Part shown: piece by piece, positions 1-8,419 of the stretch
How the letters are laid out: each line of letters begins with the position of its first letter
How positions within the stretch are numbered: the first letter of the stretch is position 1
NCBI GenBank assembly: GCA_964244955.1
Contig: CAXTKQ010000001.1
Span: 28,265 to 92,264 of the forward strand
DNA from: an uncultured Sphingobacteriaceae bacterium
GTDB taxonomy: Bacteria > Bacteroidota > Bacteroidia > Sphingobacteriales > Sphingobacteriaceae
Reading direction: 5' to 3'
Length of the DNA stretch: 64,000 bases
Program-made: the position numbers and the translations under genes
Notes under the pieces: generated by a model
What the model saw: the letters and a program-made list of their open reading frames with translations, nothing else
What the model was told of the DNA's origin: nothing
The model's database searches: none

Positions 1-22
1 TTTTAGGCGGTAAAAGAAGCAT
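1..22. repeat. Right-hand arm of the abundant repeat family, truncated by the window edge (..TTTTAGGCGGTAAAAGAAGCAT)
   Basis: Exact TAAAAGAAGCAT at 11..22, preceded by the usual AT tract and GC-rich linker. Confidence 0.7.
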
Positions 23-54
23 TGGAAATAAAATGGACCGGGTAGAACCAACAT

Positions 55-447
55 TCAACCGCCAATCCCGCTCAACATGCTGAACAGGATAATGCCTAAA
101 ACGATCAGCGTAATCACGACATACAGATAGTCTTTTTCCAGCAAAAAACTAAAAGCAGAAAGCAGTACGCGGGCAATGGGCGTGGCAATCAGCAATAAAA
201 TCCCGGTTTGGATAATTGCCCGGCCTTTAAATGCTATTACACCTTGTAAAATACCTTGTAATTTTCGCAAAAATTCCGGCTCGCCGTTAAAAGTATGGTA
301 AGAAGCTTTTTCCTGGCCGTGCCGGTAAAGGTAAACCAAGCCTCCAATAAAAACTACCGACATGGAAACGATAACGCCCCAACGCAGCAAAGAACCAATC
401 ATCAGCTTCACGTCCGCATCCTTAAATATCCTTTTTTCGCTGCTCAT
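55..447 (-). CDS. DUF1634-type small membrane protein
   Basis: 130-aa ORF with 3-4 hydrophobic helices. It overlaps the upstream TauE-like ORF by 4 nt, and this pairing is typical of TauE/DUF1634 loci. Confidence 0.65.
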   Translation of the reverse strand: MSSEKRIFKDADVKLMIGSLLRWGVIVSMSVVFIGGLVYLYRHGQEKASYHTFNGEPEFLRKLQGILQGVIAFKGRAIIQTGILLLIATPIARVLLSAFSFLLEKDYLYVVITLIVLGIILFSMLSGIGG

Positions 448-1277
448 ATTTTTCCGCTTAAACCTTTGTAGATCATTTGGATAGCGATCACAGAAATAAC
501 AATGGCAAAAATAGCTTTCAACGATTTAGTGTTGGCTTTCACCAAAATTTTTGAACCGGTAACTGCGCCCAAAACTACGCCCAGCACCACCGGCATCGAA
601 AGGCCCGGATCAATATAACCGCGCTGCAAATAAACCACGGCACTTGCGGCTGCCGTAACGCCGATCATAAAATTGCTGGTGGTGGTAGAAACTTTAAAAG
701 GGATGCGCATGATGTTGTCCATCGCAACCACTTTTAAAGAACCGGAACCAATGCCCAGCAAGCCCGAGATCATGCCAGCAAAACCCATCAAACCAAAACC
801 GCCAAAAATATTGCGCACGCCGTATGGTATTTGCTTCCCTTCGTCCGGAAACGAACTGCCTAACTTTAACCAAGTTGCAGGTTTGCTTGAAACAGGATCG
901 GCCTGTGTGTTTTTCTTTACAAAAGACATGATGGCCGAAAAAAGCAAAATCAAGCCAAACAAAACCGCAATATACGCTGCTGGGATATAACTGGACAGAA
1001 ACGCACCCAAAACTGCGCCGATGGTGGTTGCAATTTCCAAGAACATACCCAGCCGCATGTTCGTGATGCCTTCTTTTACATACGCTGCCGCGGAGCCAGA
1101 AGAAGTGGCAATAACCGAAACCAGCGAAGCGCCAATGGCATAATGGATGTCAACATTGAGCAGCAAGGTAAGCAGCGGGATAATGACAACGCCTCCGCCC
1201 AAACCGGTTAAAGAACCGATCAGCCCGGCAAAATAAGCACCAACCAAAATATATAGGGTTAAAAGAAGTATCGTCAT
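444..1277 (-). CDS. TauE/SafE (DUF81) family anion/sulfite exporter permease
   Basis: 277-aa polytopic membrane protein with the Gly-rich helices (GLTGLGGGVVIIPLL, GLLGIGSGSL) typical of the family. Confidence 0.8.
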   Translation of the reverse strand: MTILLLTLYILVGAYFAGLIGSLTGLGGGVVIIPLLTLLLNVDIHYAIGASLVSVIATSSGSAAAYVKEGITNMRLGMFLEIATTIGAVLGAFLSSYIPAAYIAVLFGLILLFSAIMSFVKKNTQADPVSSKPATWLKLGSSFPDEGKQIPYGVRNIFGGFGLMGFAGMISGLLGIGSGSLKVVAMDNIMRIPFKVSTTTSNFMIGVTAAASAVVYLQRGYIDPGLSMPVVLGVVLGAVTGSKILVKANTKSLKAIFAIVISVIAIQMIYKGLSGKI

Positions 1278-1322
1278 TTGTTTATGTGCATTTGCAATAA
1301 TACTTCTTTTAGCACTGTTTTT

Positions 1323-2420
1323 TTAGGAAGTTAAGCTAAGCGGCAAATTAAAACGCGGCATTTTTTTGATCGCAGGTGCAGAACGGTTTTTCTTAAACGC
1401 TAAATGCTGTTTTTGATAAGCAAAACGTGGGTTTCCTTGGCCGAATAATTGGAAGTTGCTGATTAGTTTTAAAAAATTAATAGTTGAGTTTGGCGCTTGC
1501 TGCGACGGGAGCGCCAACAGGTCGGCAACGTCATCGCCCACCAGATAACGCATCAATTGCATCGTTTCTTTTTGTGGGAAACTTGCATCAACCGTAGAAA
1601 AATACTGGATTAAAGAACGCGTAAGCGATTGGCCATGTTCCGAACTTTTAAAATTTCGGATGCGAATGGCTTCTTCCAGCAATAGCGCTTCTTTTCCGGT
1701 TTCCGGCAATAAGCGTTCGTCCACACCTAATAAAAAACCAATAACGTTCCACAGGTGCATAAACGCTTGTTGCTGTTGATATTCAACCGTCAACCCAAAC
1801 TTGCGCAAACCGCGGACCACAATGAGCGAAAAAGAAAGGTTAGTTCCGGCCATGTCTTCCTGGTTGACTGGCAAACCCCAATCTTCGTTCCATTTGCCGC
1901 TTTTTTGGGTGTAAAAACGGATGGCGGCGTGCAGCAAACGCACTTTCAAAATGCTGACAAAGGCTTTTCCTTCAGGCTCAAAAGCGTCTGGCGCCATCAC
2001 GTCCCAAATAAAATCGGCGGTTTCGCCTAAACGGTGTTCGGGCTTGTTTCGGATACGCTCGGAAAGGTCCAAAACTTTTGCGCCATCAGCCGCAGCATAA
2101 CAATAAGGAAGCGAAAGCAAACCCAGCAAATTCATGATGGCCGTAGCGTGAACGGCAAAAAAAGCGGTGCCTTGCTGCATCAGCTTTTGGTCGGCCCAGT
2201 TGGGTGATTTTTTTGCGCCAGCGAATACTTCTTTTACCGCATAAAAATCATCAAGCTGGTTAAGCTGGTGGTTGTAGGTGAGGGAATCTAAAAACGAACG
2301 GAAATTTGCTTTTTGACTGTCATCTGCAAAAACTTCCGCAATTAATTGATCTGCAAAAAAATCTCCCTGCCGCCGCATGGCAGAGAGGTTTTGAAAGGTA
2401 GGATCTACTGCTGGTTTCAT
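1323..2420 (-). CDS. Oxygenase MpaB/DUF2236 family protein
   Basis: 365-aa ORF with the pattern LPYCYAAADGAKVL ... RLGETADFIWDV ... VRLLHAAIRFY ... GLPVNQEDMAGT, which matches my memory of DUF2236. Confidence 0.55.
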   Translation of the reverse strand: MKPAVDPTFQNLSAMRRQGDFFADQLIAEVFADDSQKANFRSFLDSLTYNHQLNQLDDFYAVKEVFAGAKKSPNWADQKLMQQGTAFFAVHATAIMNLLGLLSLPYCYAAADGAKVLDLSERIRNKPEHRLGETADFIWDVMAPDAFEPEGKAFVSILKVRLLHAAIRFYTQKSGKWNEDWGLPVNQEDMAGTNLSFSLIVVRGLRKFGLTVEYQQQQAFMHLWNVIGFLLGVDERLLPETGKEALLLEEAIRIRNFKSSEHGQSLTRSLIQYFSTVDASFPQKETMQLMRYLVGDDVADLLALPSQQAPNSTINFLKLISNFQLFGQGNPRFAYQKQHLAFKKNRSAPAIKKMPRFNLPLSLTS

Positions 2421-2517
2421 CTCGTCAATTTACAGCAATAGAATGGTTGGCAGGGCAAATAGTTTGTTATACCGTCTCGATGTTTTCTTCTTTCTTCGAA
2501 TTAAAAAAATCAATTAA

Positions 2518-2883
2518 TCATTGGCCATTTGCAATAACAGGGTCCCAGGTTTGTCGCATAGCCGGGTTATCCATTTGAACACCCCAATCAAACATCGCTT
2601 TCAACACCGGGATAAGTGTCTTTCCCCGTTCACTTAATTCATATTCAACCCGCGGAGGCTTTTCCTGGTAGTCATGTCTTATAATCAACCCGTCTTCTTG
2701 CAATTCCCTAAGTTGTTGCGTTAAAATTTTACGGGATATGTCGGACACCTGAACCGTGAGTTTACCAAAACGAACCGGGCCATCAATCAGCCTGATCAGG
2801 ATAATAGGTTTCCATTTACCACCTATATAATGTACTGTGCGCACTACGGCACAGTTAAACGGGTTCTTCGTATATTTTCTCAT
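2518..2883 (-). CDS. HxlR-family winged-helix transcriptional regulator
   Basis: 121 aa with CAVVRTVHYIGGKWKPIIL ... RFGKL ... ISRKILTQQLRELQEDGLI ... PPRVEYELSERGKTL. Confidence 0.85.
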   Translation of the reverse strand: MRKYTKNPFNCAVVRTVHYIGGKWKPIILIRLIDGPVRFGKLTVQVSDISRKILTQQLRELQEDGLIIRHDYQEKPPRVEYELSERGKTLIPVLKAMFDWGVQMDNPAMRQTWDPVIANGQ

Positions 2884-2918
2884 ATGGTTACCTTTTTGTT
2901 ACCTCAATTTTGCCTTCT

Positions 2919-2934
2919 GTTACTAATTAGTAAC
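2919..2934. promoter_or_regulatory. Candidate HxlR operator: perfect 16-bp palindrome GTTACTAATTAGTAAC
   Basis: Lies in the 128-bp divergent region between the HxlR gene and the SDR gene. GTTACC half-site-like direct repeats sit at about 2887-2903. Confidence 0.45.
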
Positions 2935-3011
2935 CACCTATCCGGTTTAGTAAAGCAAATATCCAGAAATACTTTAGTTTCTTTATGAAACAATATCTAT
3001 AAAACATAAAA

Positions 3012-3806
3012 ATGAACAATCAACAAAATATGGAAACAAAGCTTGAAGGCAAAATTGCGCTTGTAACGGGTGGAACTAAAGGCATTGGAAAAGCAATTGC
3101 CGACAGGTTAGGGCAATCCGGAGCTAAAGTTATTGTTACCGCCAGAAATCACCCGGACGACACTGATCTTCAGCATCATTTTATTGCAACAGACTTAACC
3201 CAGCCAGAACAAGTTTCTAAATTCGTAAATGAAATAAATGAAAAGTTTGGCGGGATAGATATTTTGGTCAATAACATTGGTGGCCTTACAAGCCCGGGCG
3301 GAGGGTTCAGCACCTTGACGGATGAGCATTGGGAAAATGAACTCCAATTTAACCTGCTGGCCGCAATTCGTTTAGACAGGGAATTATTGCCCAAAATGCT
3401 TGAACAAAAAAGTGGTGTTGTCATTCATATCTCTACAACAAGTGCCATGCAGCCGCTTTGGGAAGTCAACATGGCTTACGCAGTTTCTAAGGCTGCGCTT
3501 AACAGTTATAGTAAAGCACTGGCAACAGAAGTAAGCAGCAAAGGAGTTAGGGTGTTAACGGTTTCTCCGGGACCGGTGAAAACGCCTATGATGGTGGAAT
3601 TTTTACAAGACTACGCTAAAACAAGCGGTATTACTTTTGAAGAAGCGTCCCAAAACCTGATGGACAAAATTGGTGGCATACCTATGGAAAGAATGGCCGA
3701 ACCTGAAGAAATTGCGGAACTCGTTAATTTTCTTGCTTCACCCGCGGCTTCTTATTTAACGGGATCTAACTACGTTATTGACGGAGGGGCTTTCCCTGTT
3801 GTTTAA
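3012..3806 (+). CDS. SDR-family oxidoreductase
   Basis: TGGTKGIGKA Rossmann motif, NNIG, and catalytic YAVSKAAL (YxxxK). Confidence 0.9.
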   Translation: MNNQQNMETKLEGKIALVTGGTKGIGKAIADRLGQSGAKVIVTARNHPDDTDLQHHFIATDLTQPEQVSKFVNEINEKFGGIDILVNNIGGLTSPGGGFSTLTDEHWENELQFNLLAAIRLDRELLPKMLEQKSGVVIHISTTSAMQPLWEVNMAYAVSKAALNSYSKALATEVSSKGVRVLTVSPGPVKTPMMVEFLQDYAKTSGITFEEASQNLMDKIGGIPMERMAEPEEIAELVNFLASPAASYLTGSNYVIDGGAFPVV

Positions 3807-3983
3807 ACAACAAATTGATCAGATTGAAGTAGGTTATTGATAAAATAAAGTTGACTGATACAAACCTGCGGCAAGTGTTTGCCAAAATGGGGATTTGAAG
3901 CGCAAAACTAAAAATTTGTGCTTCTGATTTTTCATTTCGGCAAACTCCAAACCGTTATCCGAAAGCCCTAAATCAAACGAGCT

Positions 3984-5378
3984 TTACGTTGTATAGCCTA
4001 AAATTTTCAAAACCTGCTTGCTGTTTTGTTCTTCGCCAAAAACATCAAAATTAAAAGTTTCATCACGGTTTCTGCGGATGATAACATGCTTTGGCGAAGG
4101 CAACAAACAATGATGGATACCACCGTAACCGCTTAAAACTTCCTGATAAGCACCGGTATTAAAGAAACCCAAATATTGCACTTTACGCGTTTTTGGCATA
4201 TAAACACTGTTCATGTGCGCTTCCTGGTTGTAATAATCCTGGCCATCGCAGGTAATGCCGCCTAAGTTAACACGCTCGTATTCCGCGTCCCAATTGTTAA
4301 TCGGCAGCAAAACATATTTCTGGTTCAAGGCCCAAACATCAGGCAAATTGGTGATGAAAGAACCATCCAGCATCAGCCATTTTTCGCGGTCGTTTTGCTG
4401 TTTCCGGCCCAGCACTTTGTACAAAATCCCGGAAGCTTCGGCAACGGTGTATTTGCCAAACTCGGTAATGATATCCGGTTCGACCGTATCGTTATCGGCA
4501 CAAATTTCTTTGATCCGGCTTACAATTTCGTTTACCATGTATTCGTAATCGAAATCAAAAACCAGCGAATCTTTAAACGGCATTCCACCGCCGATATCCA
4601 GCGTGTCCAAATCCGGGTTGATTTTTTTAAACTTGCAGTAAAGCGTAACATAGCGCTCCAGTTCGTTCCAGTAATACGGCGTATCCGAAATGCCGGAATT
4701 GATAAAAAAGTGCAGCAACTTTACCTTAAAATAAGGATTTGATACAATTTTGCTGTTGTAAAAATCAATTACGTCTTCCATCCGAACGCCTAAACGAGAC
4801 GTGTAAAACTGCGAATCCGGCTGTTCTTCCGAAGCAATACGGATACCGAGGTTGCAAGGCGTATCCAGTTCAACTTCATCGTCGTACAGGTTAAATTCTT
4901 CCTTGTTGTCTAAAACCGGGATAATGTTTTTAAAGCCATCGTGCAGCATATCAATGATATACTGTTTGTATTGATAAGTTTTAAAACCATTGCAAATTAC
5001 GGTAACATCTTTGCTTAAAGAGCCTTTTTTCTCCAGCGCATCAATCATCGGCATATCAAAAGCCGAAGATGTTTCTATATGAATGTCGTTTTTTAAAGCT
5101 TCTTCTACAATGTGGCGAAAGTGCGAACTTTTGGTGCAATAGCAATATTTATACGAACCGCGGTAATTGTTTTTCACAATGGCCGACTGGAAAAGCAACT
5201 TAGCTTGTTGTATTTTTTTACTGATTATGGGCAGATACGTAAAACGCAACGGTGTACCGTACGTTTCGATCATTTCCATCAAATTTAAATCGTGGAAATA
5301 CAATTCATCATCAATAATTTCAAAACCATCCTGCGGGAAACCCACGCTCAGGTCGAGGAACTCTTCGTAACTCTGCAT
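3984..5378 (-). CDS. Arginine decarboxylase-like PLP enzyme (fold-type III Orn/DAP/Arg decarboxylase)
   Basis: 464 aa with LDIGGGMP and a C-terminal GGITCDGQD...GAYQ pattern. Its neighbours are other arginine-pathway genes. Confidence 0.7.
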   Translation of the reverse strand: MQSYEEFLDLSVGFPQDGFEIIDDELYFHDLNLMEMIETYGTPLRFTYLPIISKKIQQAKLLFQSAIVKNNYRGSYKYCYCTKSSHFRHIVEEALKNDIHIETSSAFDMPMIDALEKKGSLSKDVTVICNGFKTYQYKQYIIDMLHDGFKNIIPVLDNKEEFNLYDDEVELDTPCNLGIRIASEEQPDSQFYTSRLGVRMEDVIDFYNSKIVSNPYFKVKLLHFFINSGISDTPYYWNELERYVTLYCKFKKINPDLDTLDIGGGMPFKDSLVFDFDYEYMVNEIVSRIKEICADNDTVEPDIITEFGKYTVAEASGILYKVLGRKQQNDREKWLMLDGSFITNLPDVWALNQKYVLLPINNWDAEYERVNLGGITCDGQDYYNQEAHMNSVYMPKTRKVQYLGFFNTGAYQEVLSGYGGIHHCLLPSPKHVIIRRNRDETFNFDVFGEEQNSKQVLKILGYTT

Positions 5379-5460
5379 CTATTAAAATTTTGGGCAAATG
5401 TGGAGTTTTATACGGGATTTAATAACATCCGGCCGTAATTTTTAAAGCTATTTTTCGGGC

Positions 5461-6411
5461 TTATTTTGATGCTGTTTTTACCGGCAAAAAAACCTCGGCC
5501 ATCATGCAGCGCGCGCTGCCGCCACCGTTAGTTTCGATGGTGTTTAAAGGCGAATGGACGAGTTTGCAATAGCGTTCCAAAGTTTCGGTTTGAGCTTTTG
5601 TTAAGGCTAAAAAAGCCGTTTCCGACATTGCCAATAAGCTTTCCCCGGATTTTGATTGAAGCTGGAGCATGTTTCCTGCAAAAGCATTCATTTGCGCAAA
5701 AGAGATTTCGACCACTGCTTTTCCCGATTGCTGCAATGCTTCTTTTACCGATGTTTTTTCAGTGCCGTTTACAATCGAATCTAAACAAATTACCGCAAAC
5801 CGGTCGCCAATACACATCAAAACATTGGTATGATAAATGGCTTTTCCGGCTTCATCCTCGGCATGGAACAAAACGGATTGGTAACCCGAAATTTTGCAAA
5901 ACTCATTAATTACCTCAACATCCGTTCTTGGCGAGATGCAAGCATAAGCGAGTTTGTTTTCGCGGTCTAAAACCAAGCTTCCGGTCCCTTCTAAAAACTG
6001 GTTCTGCGTTTCAAAATAACTCAAATCATAAACCTGTTTTGCTTCAAATGCTTCTTTTATGACATAAAAAACCTTGCGTTCCAGCCTTCGGTTTTCAGCT
6101 TGCATCGGGTATAAAAAAACAGAACCGTCTTCATGAAAAGAAACCCAGTTATTCGGGAAGATGGAATCCGGCGTGTGCGGTTCGGGCGTATCGTTTAAAA
6201 CGGTAACATCAACTCCGTTTTGGCGCAAAATATCCACAAAAGCATCAAACTCCAGCAAGGCTTTTTGCTGCACTTCGGTTTGCCTGCCTGGTTTTTGGAA
6301 AGCGTTGCTTGCGGCCGTTTGCTCGTTAAAAGCAAAATTTACGGGCCTGACCATCAGGATATGCGAAGTTAAATGTTCAATTGTTGGTTTCAATGCGGTG
6401 TTTTTTATCAA
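5461..6411 (-). CDS. ctlX: Amidinotransferase-fold guanidino-modifying enzyme, CtlX-like (citrulline utilisation hydrolase-like)
   Basis: 316 aa with N-terminal ILMVRPVNFAFNEQTAASNAFQ and C-terminal GGGSARCMMAEVF (catalytic Cys motif). Confidence 0.6.
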   Translation of the reverse strand: MIKNTALKPTIEHLTSHILMVRPVNFAFNEQTAASNAFQKPGRQTEVQQKALLEFDAFVDILRQNGVDVTVLNDTPEPHTPDSIFPNNWVSFHEDGSVFLYPMQAENRRLERKVFYVIKEAFEAKQVYDLSYFETQNQFLEGTGSLVLDRENKLAYACISPRTDVEVINEFCKISGYQSVLFHAEDEAGKAIYHTNVLMCIGDRFAVICLDSIVNGTEKTSVKEALQQSGKAVVEISFAQMNAFAGNMLQLQSKSGESLLAMSETAFLALTKAQTETLERYCKLVHSPLNTIETNGGGSARCMMAEVFLPVKTASK

Positions 6412-6566
6412 TCTTCAAATATTGAGGTTATTTTTTTCTTTGCCGGTAATAAAGTTTCCTTTTATATGTTTAACTTGAGGCAAACAGATTACTACATTGT
6501 TTTTTTGTCCTTTTAATGTGAAAAAGATATTGCCGGATCAAAAACCGGCAAAAAAGCAGAACGAAA

Positions 6567-6878
6567 ATGACCAAAATTATTATCCAGCCGGGCAAATACC
6601 GTGGTTTATACCAGGTTATACTTTTACAATGCCGTCGTTTTTTTCTAATTCAATGGTGGAAAGCCGTTAGCATTACCGAGCACCACGAAGAAGAAGCGGT
6701 TTCTAAATTGTGCGAACTGATTAAAAAGCACCAGATTGAACTTTGTGGCATTTACGATTGGAGCATTGACGAATATTACCGCGAAACCATCAAAAAAACT
6801 GTTAAGGAAACCATTAAAAAAAGGTTTGCCGACTTTGCAGAACCGACAGCCGGGAATTTACAACTCGGAACGGAATAG
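6567..6878 (+). CDS. Hypothetical small protein (doubtful)
   Basis: 103-aa ORF convergent with the ADI-like gene and overlapping its 3' end. No recognisable motif, and a minus-oriented hairpin at 6530..6551 argues the region may be a 3' UTR. Confidence 0.3.
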   Translation: MTKIIIQPGKYRGLYQVILLQCRRFFLIQWWKAVSITEHHEEEAVSKLCELIKKHQIELCGIYDWSIDEYYRETIKKTVKETIKKRFADFAEPTAGNLQLGTE

Positions 6879-7997
6879 CGGCATGCTCATGCAATGAAAA
6901 CCGCCGCGCGCACGTGAAAGTTCGGCGGAAGGAAAAGTAATAATGGTGTTGCTGATGTTTTCGGTTTTCAATTCGTTTCGTTCCAGTTGTTTGAGCAAAT
7001 CTGCTGCTTTGATCACGCTAAAACCTTGTTCTTTAAATGCGGACAGGGTTTTGTCATTGCGGTCGTAAGCCAAAACCACGCCTTCTTTTAACGCCAATAA
7101 ATTACAGCCGTCTGTCCACTGCTCGCGCGAATCGTAAGGAAAAACATTGTTGCCCGAATAGATGAACTGCGTTTTTTCTGTAAAGCCCAATTCGTTTTCG
7201 CTGATTTCGGAAAGCAAGTCCTCCAAGCGTTCAAACCTTTTTGGCCTGTCAATTTTCCCGTTTTCAAACTGGATAATTTCCGGCTGGTCTGGTTTTTTGG
7301 TTTCTGTGAGATAGTTGACTGGCTGAAGTTCCTGATCGTTTTGCTGCGGGTTAAAAAGCGAAGAAAGCAAAACCCACAAGCCTTTTTTTACCTGGGTAAA
7401 AACAGTATCGAGGTGCATAAAATCGCGTTTGTGCGGAATTTTGATCACCGTAACTTTTTGCACCACGTTTTTCTCGAACAACAATTTAATCACGTTGCTT
7501 GCTGCCAATGGCGTTGTGCGTTCGCCGCAGCCAATTAGTAAATGGTTGTTGCTCACCATCATCACGTCGCCGCCTTCCAAGGTGTTTTGCTGGTCAATTT
7601 CTCCTTCGGGGATTAAAAAATGCTCTTCGGTTTGCGGCACTTCGATGATGTTTTGCCGGTAAGCTTCAAAAAAAGGATGGTTAAAAAAGATGTATTTGCA
7701 CAACAAAGCCTCGCGCGAACGCGCTTTACGGGCCGGTTTGTTCAGTAAAATATGGTTGTTGATCGTTGTTCCCAAATCGCGCGTAAAAATTAAATTAGGC
7801 AAAGGCGCGAAAAAAATCTTTCCGTCGGGCAACGTTCCCGAAATAAAAAGCGTGGCCAAATCCGCCGAAGGCAAATCCATCAAAAGTTGCTGTTGCTGAT
7901 AATTGCAGTTTTCTGTGGCACAAACCGCGGCGATTAATTGCTGCCGAACGGTTTGTCCATTTAAAACTTCTGCCAGCAAAACTTCCAGTTCAATCAC
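6858..7997 (-). CDS. Arginine deiminase family protein, C-terminal three quarters (catalytic part)
   Basis: PLPNLIFTRD, LEGGDVMMV..LLIGCGERTT, FMHLDTVF, REQWTDGCN, and GGFHCMSMP (catalytic Cys) align with ArcA-type deiminases. The ORF starts at a GTG that overlaps the stop of the preceding fragment. Confidence 0.75.
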   Translation of the reverse strand: MIELEVLLAEVLNGQTVRQQLIAAVCATENCNYQQQQLLMDLPSADLATLFISGTLPDGKIFFAPLPNLIFTRDLGTTINNHILLNKPARKARSREALLCKYIFFNHPFFEAYRQNIIEVPQTEEHFLIPEGEIDQQNTLEGGDVMMVSNNHLLIGCGERTTPLAASNVIKLLFEKNVVQKVTVIKIPHKRDFMHLDTVFTQVKKGLWVLLSSLFNPQQNDQELQPVNYLTETKKPDQPEIIQFENGKIDRPKRFERLEDLLSEISENELGFTEKTQFIYSGNNVFPYDSREQWTDGCNLLALKEGVVLAYDRNDKTLSAFKEQGFSVIKAADLLKQLERNELKTENISNTIITFPSAELSRARGGFHCMSMPLFRSEL

Positions 7998-8371
7998 TTT
8001 TTCGGAAGCATAAAAGCCAGGCTGGTTAGGTTGTAAAATTGGCGCATACTGTTTTTAGCATCAATTTCTTGGATTTTGCCCTGGATCAAAGAAGGGTCTA
8101 AAAAGTAAAGTAAAACCTTGACATACAAATCGTACTCTTTTTTGCGGATCGTTTCGAGGTGGACAATATCTTCAAAAAGCCAATCCTGTGCTTTGGAAGG
8201 AATCACTTTTCCTAACCCTTTATCCGGGCTATGGATCAAAATCCGGCGCAAATCGCCAATTTCGGAACTGACTTGTAGATGAAAAGTATCTTTTTGAAGC
8301 ATATAAGTTTTAAGTGGAAAGGCAAATCTACCAGAATATTTAGAAACGGTTTCGATGCTGTTTTTATCCAC
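7994..8371 (-). CDS. Arginine deiminase family protein, N-terminal fragment in a different frame
   Basis: VSSEIGDLRRILIHSPD ... DWLFEDIVHLE matches the ArcA N-terminus (HSE.G.L..V...P ... LLFDD). It is out of frame with 6858..7997. Confidence 0.65.
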   Translation of the reverse strand: MDKNSIETVSKYSGRFAFPLKTYMLQKDTFHLQVSSEIGDLRRILIHSPDKGLGKVIPSKAQDWLFEDIVHLETIRKKEYDLYVKVLLYFLDPSLIQGKIQEIDAKNSMRQFYNLTSLAFMLPKK

Positions 8372-8419
8372 CTAAAACTTATGTTCGGCAAAAATTGCCC
8401 AATTGTGTAAATTTGCGCT

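Noticed and set aside
6530-6551. Hairpin TTGCCGG-atcaaaaa-CCGGCAA as a terminator feature
   Set aside because: It has only a 7-bp stem. It lies 300 nt from the ADI-like stop, on the far side of a doubtful plus-strand ORF, so its assignment is ambiguous. It is mentioned only as context.
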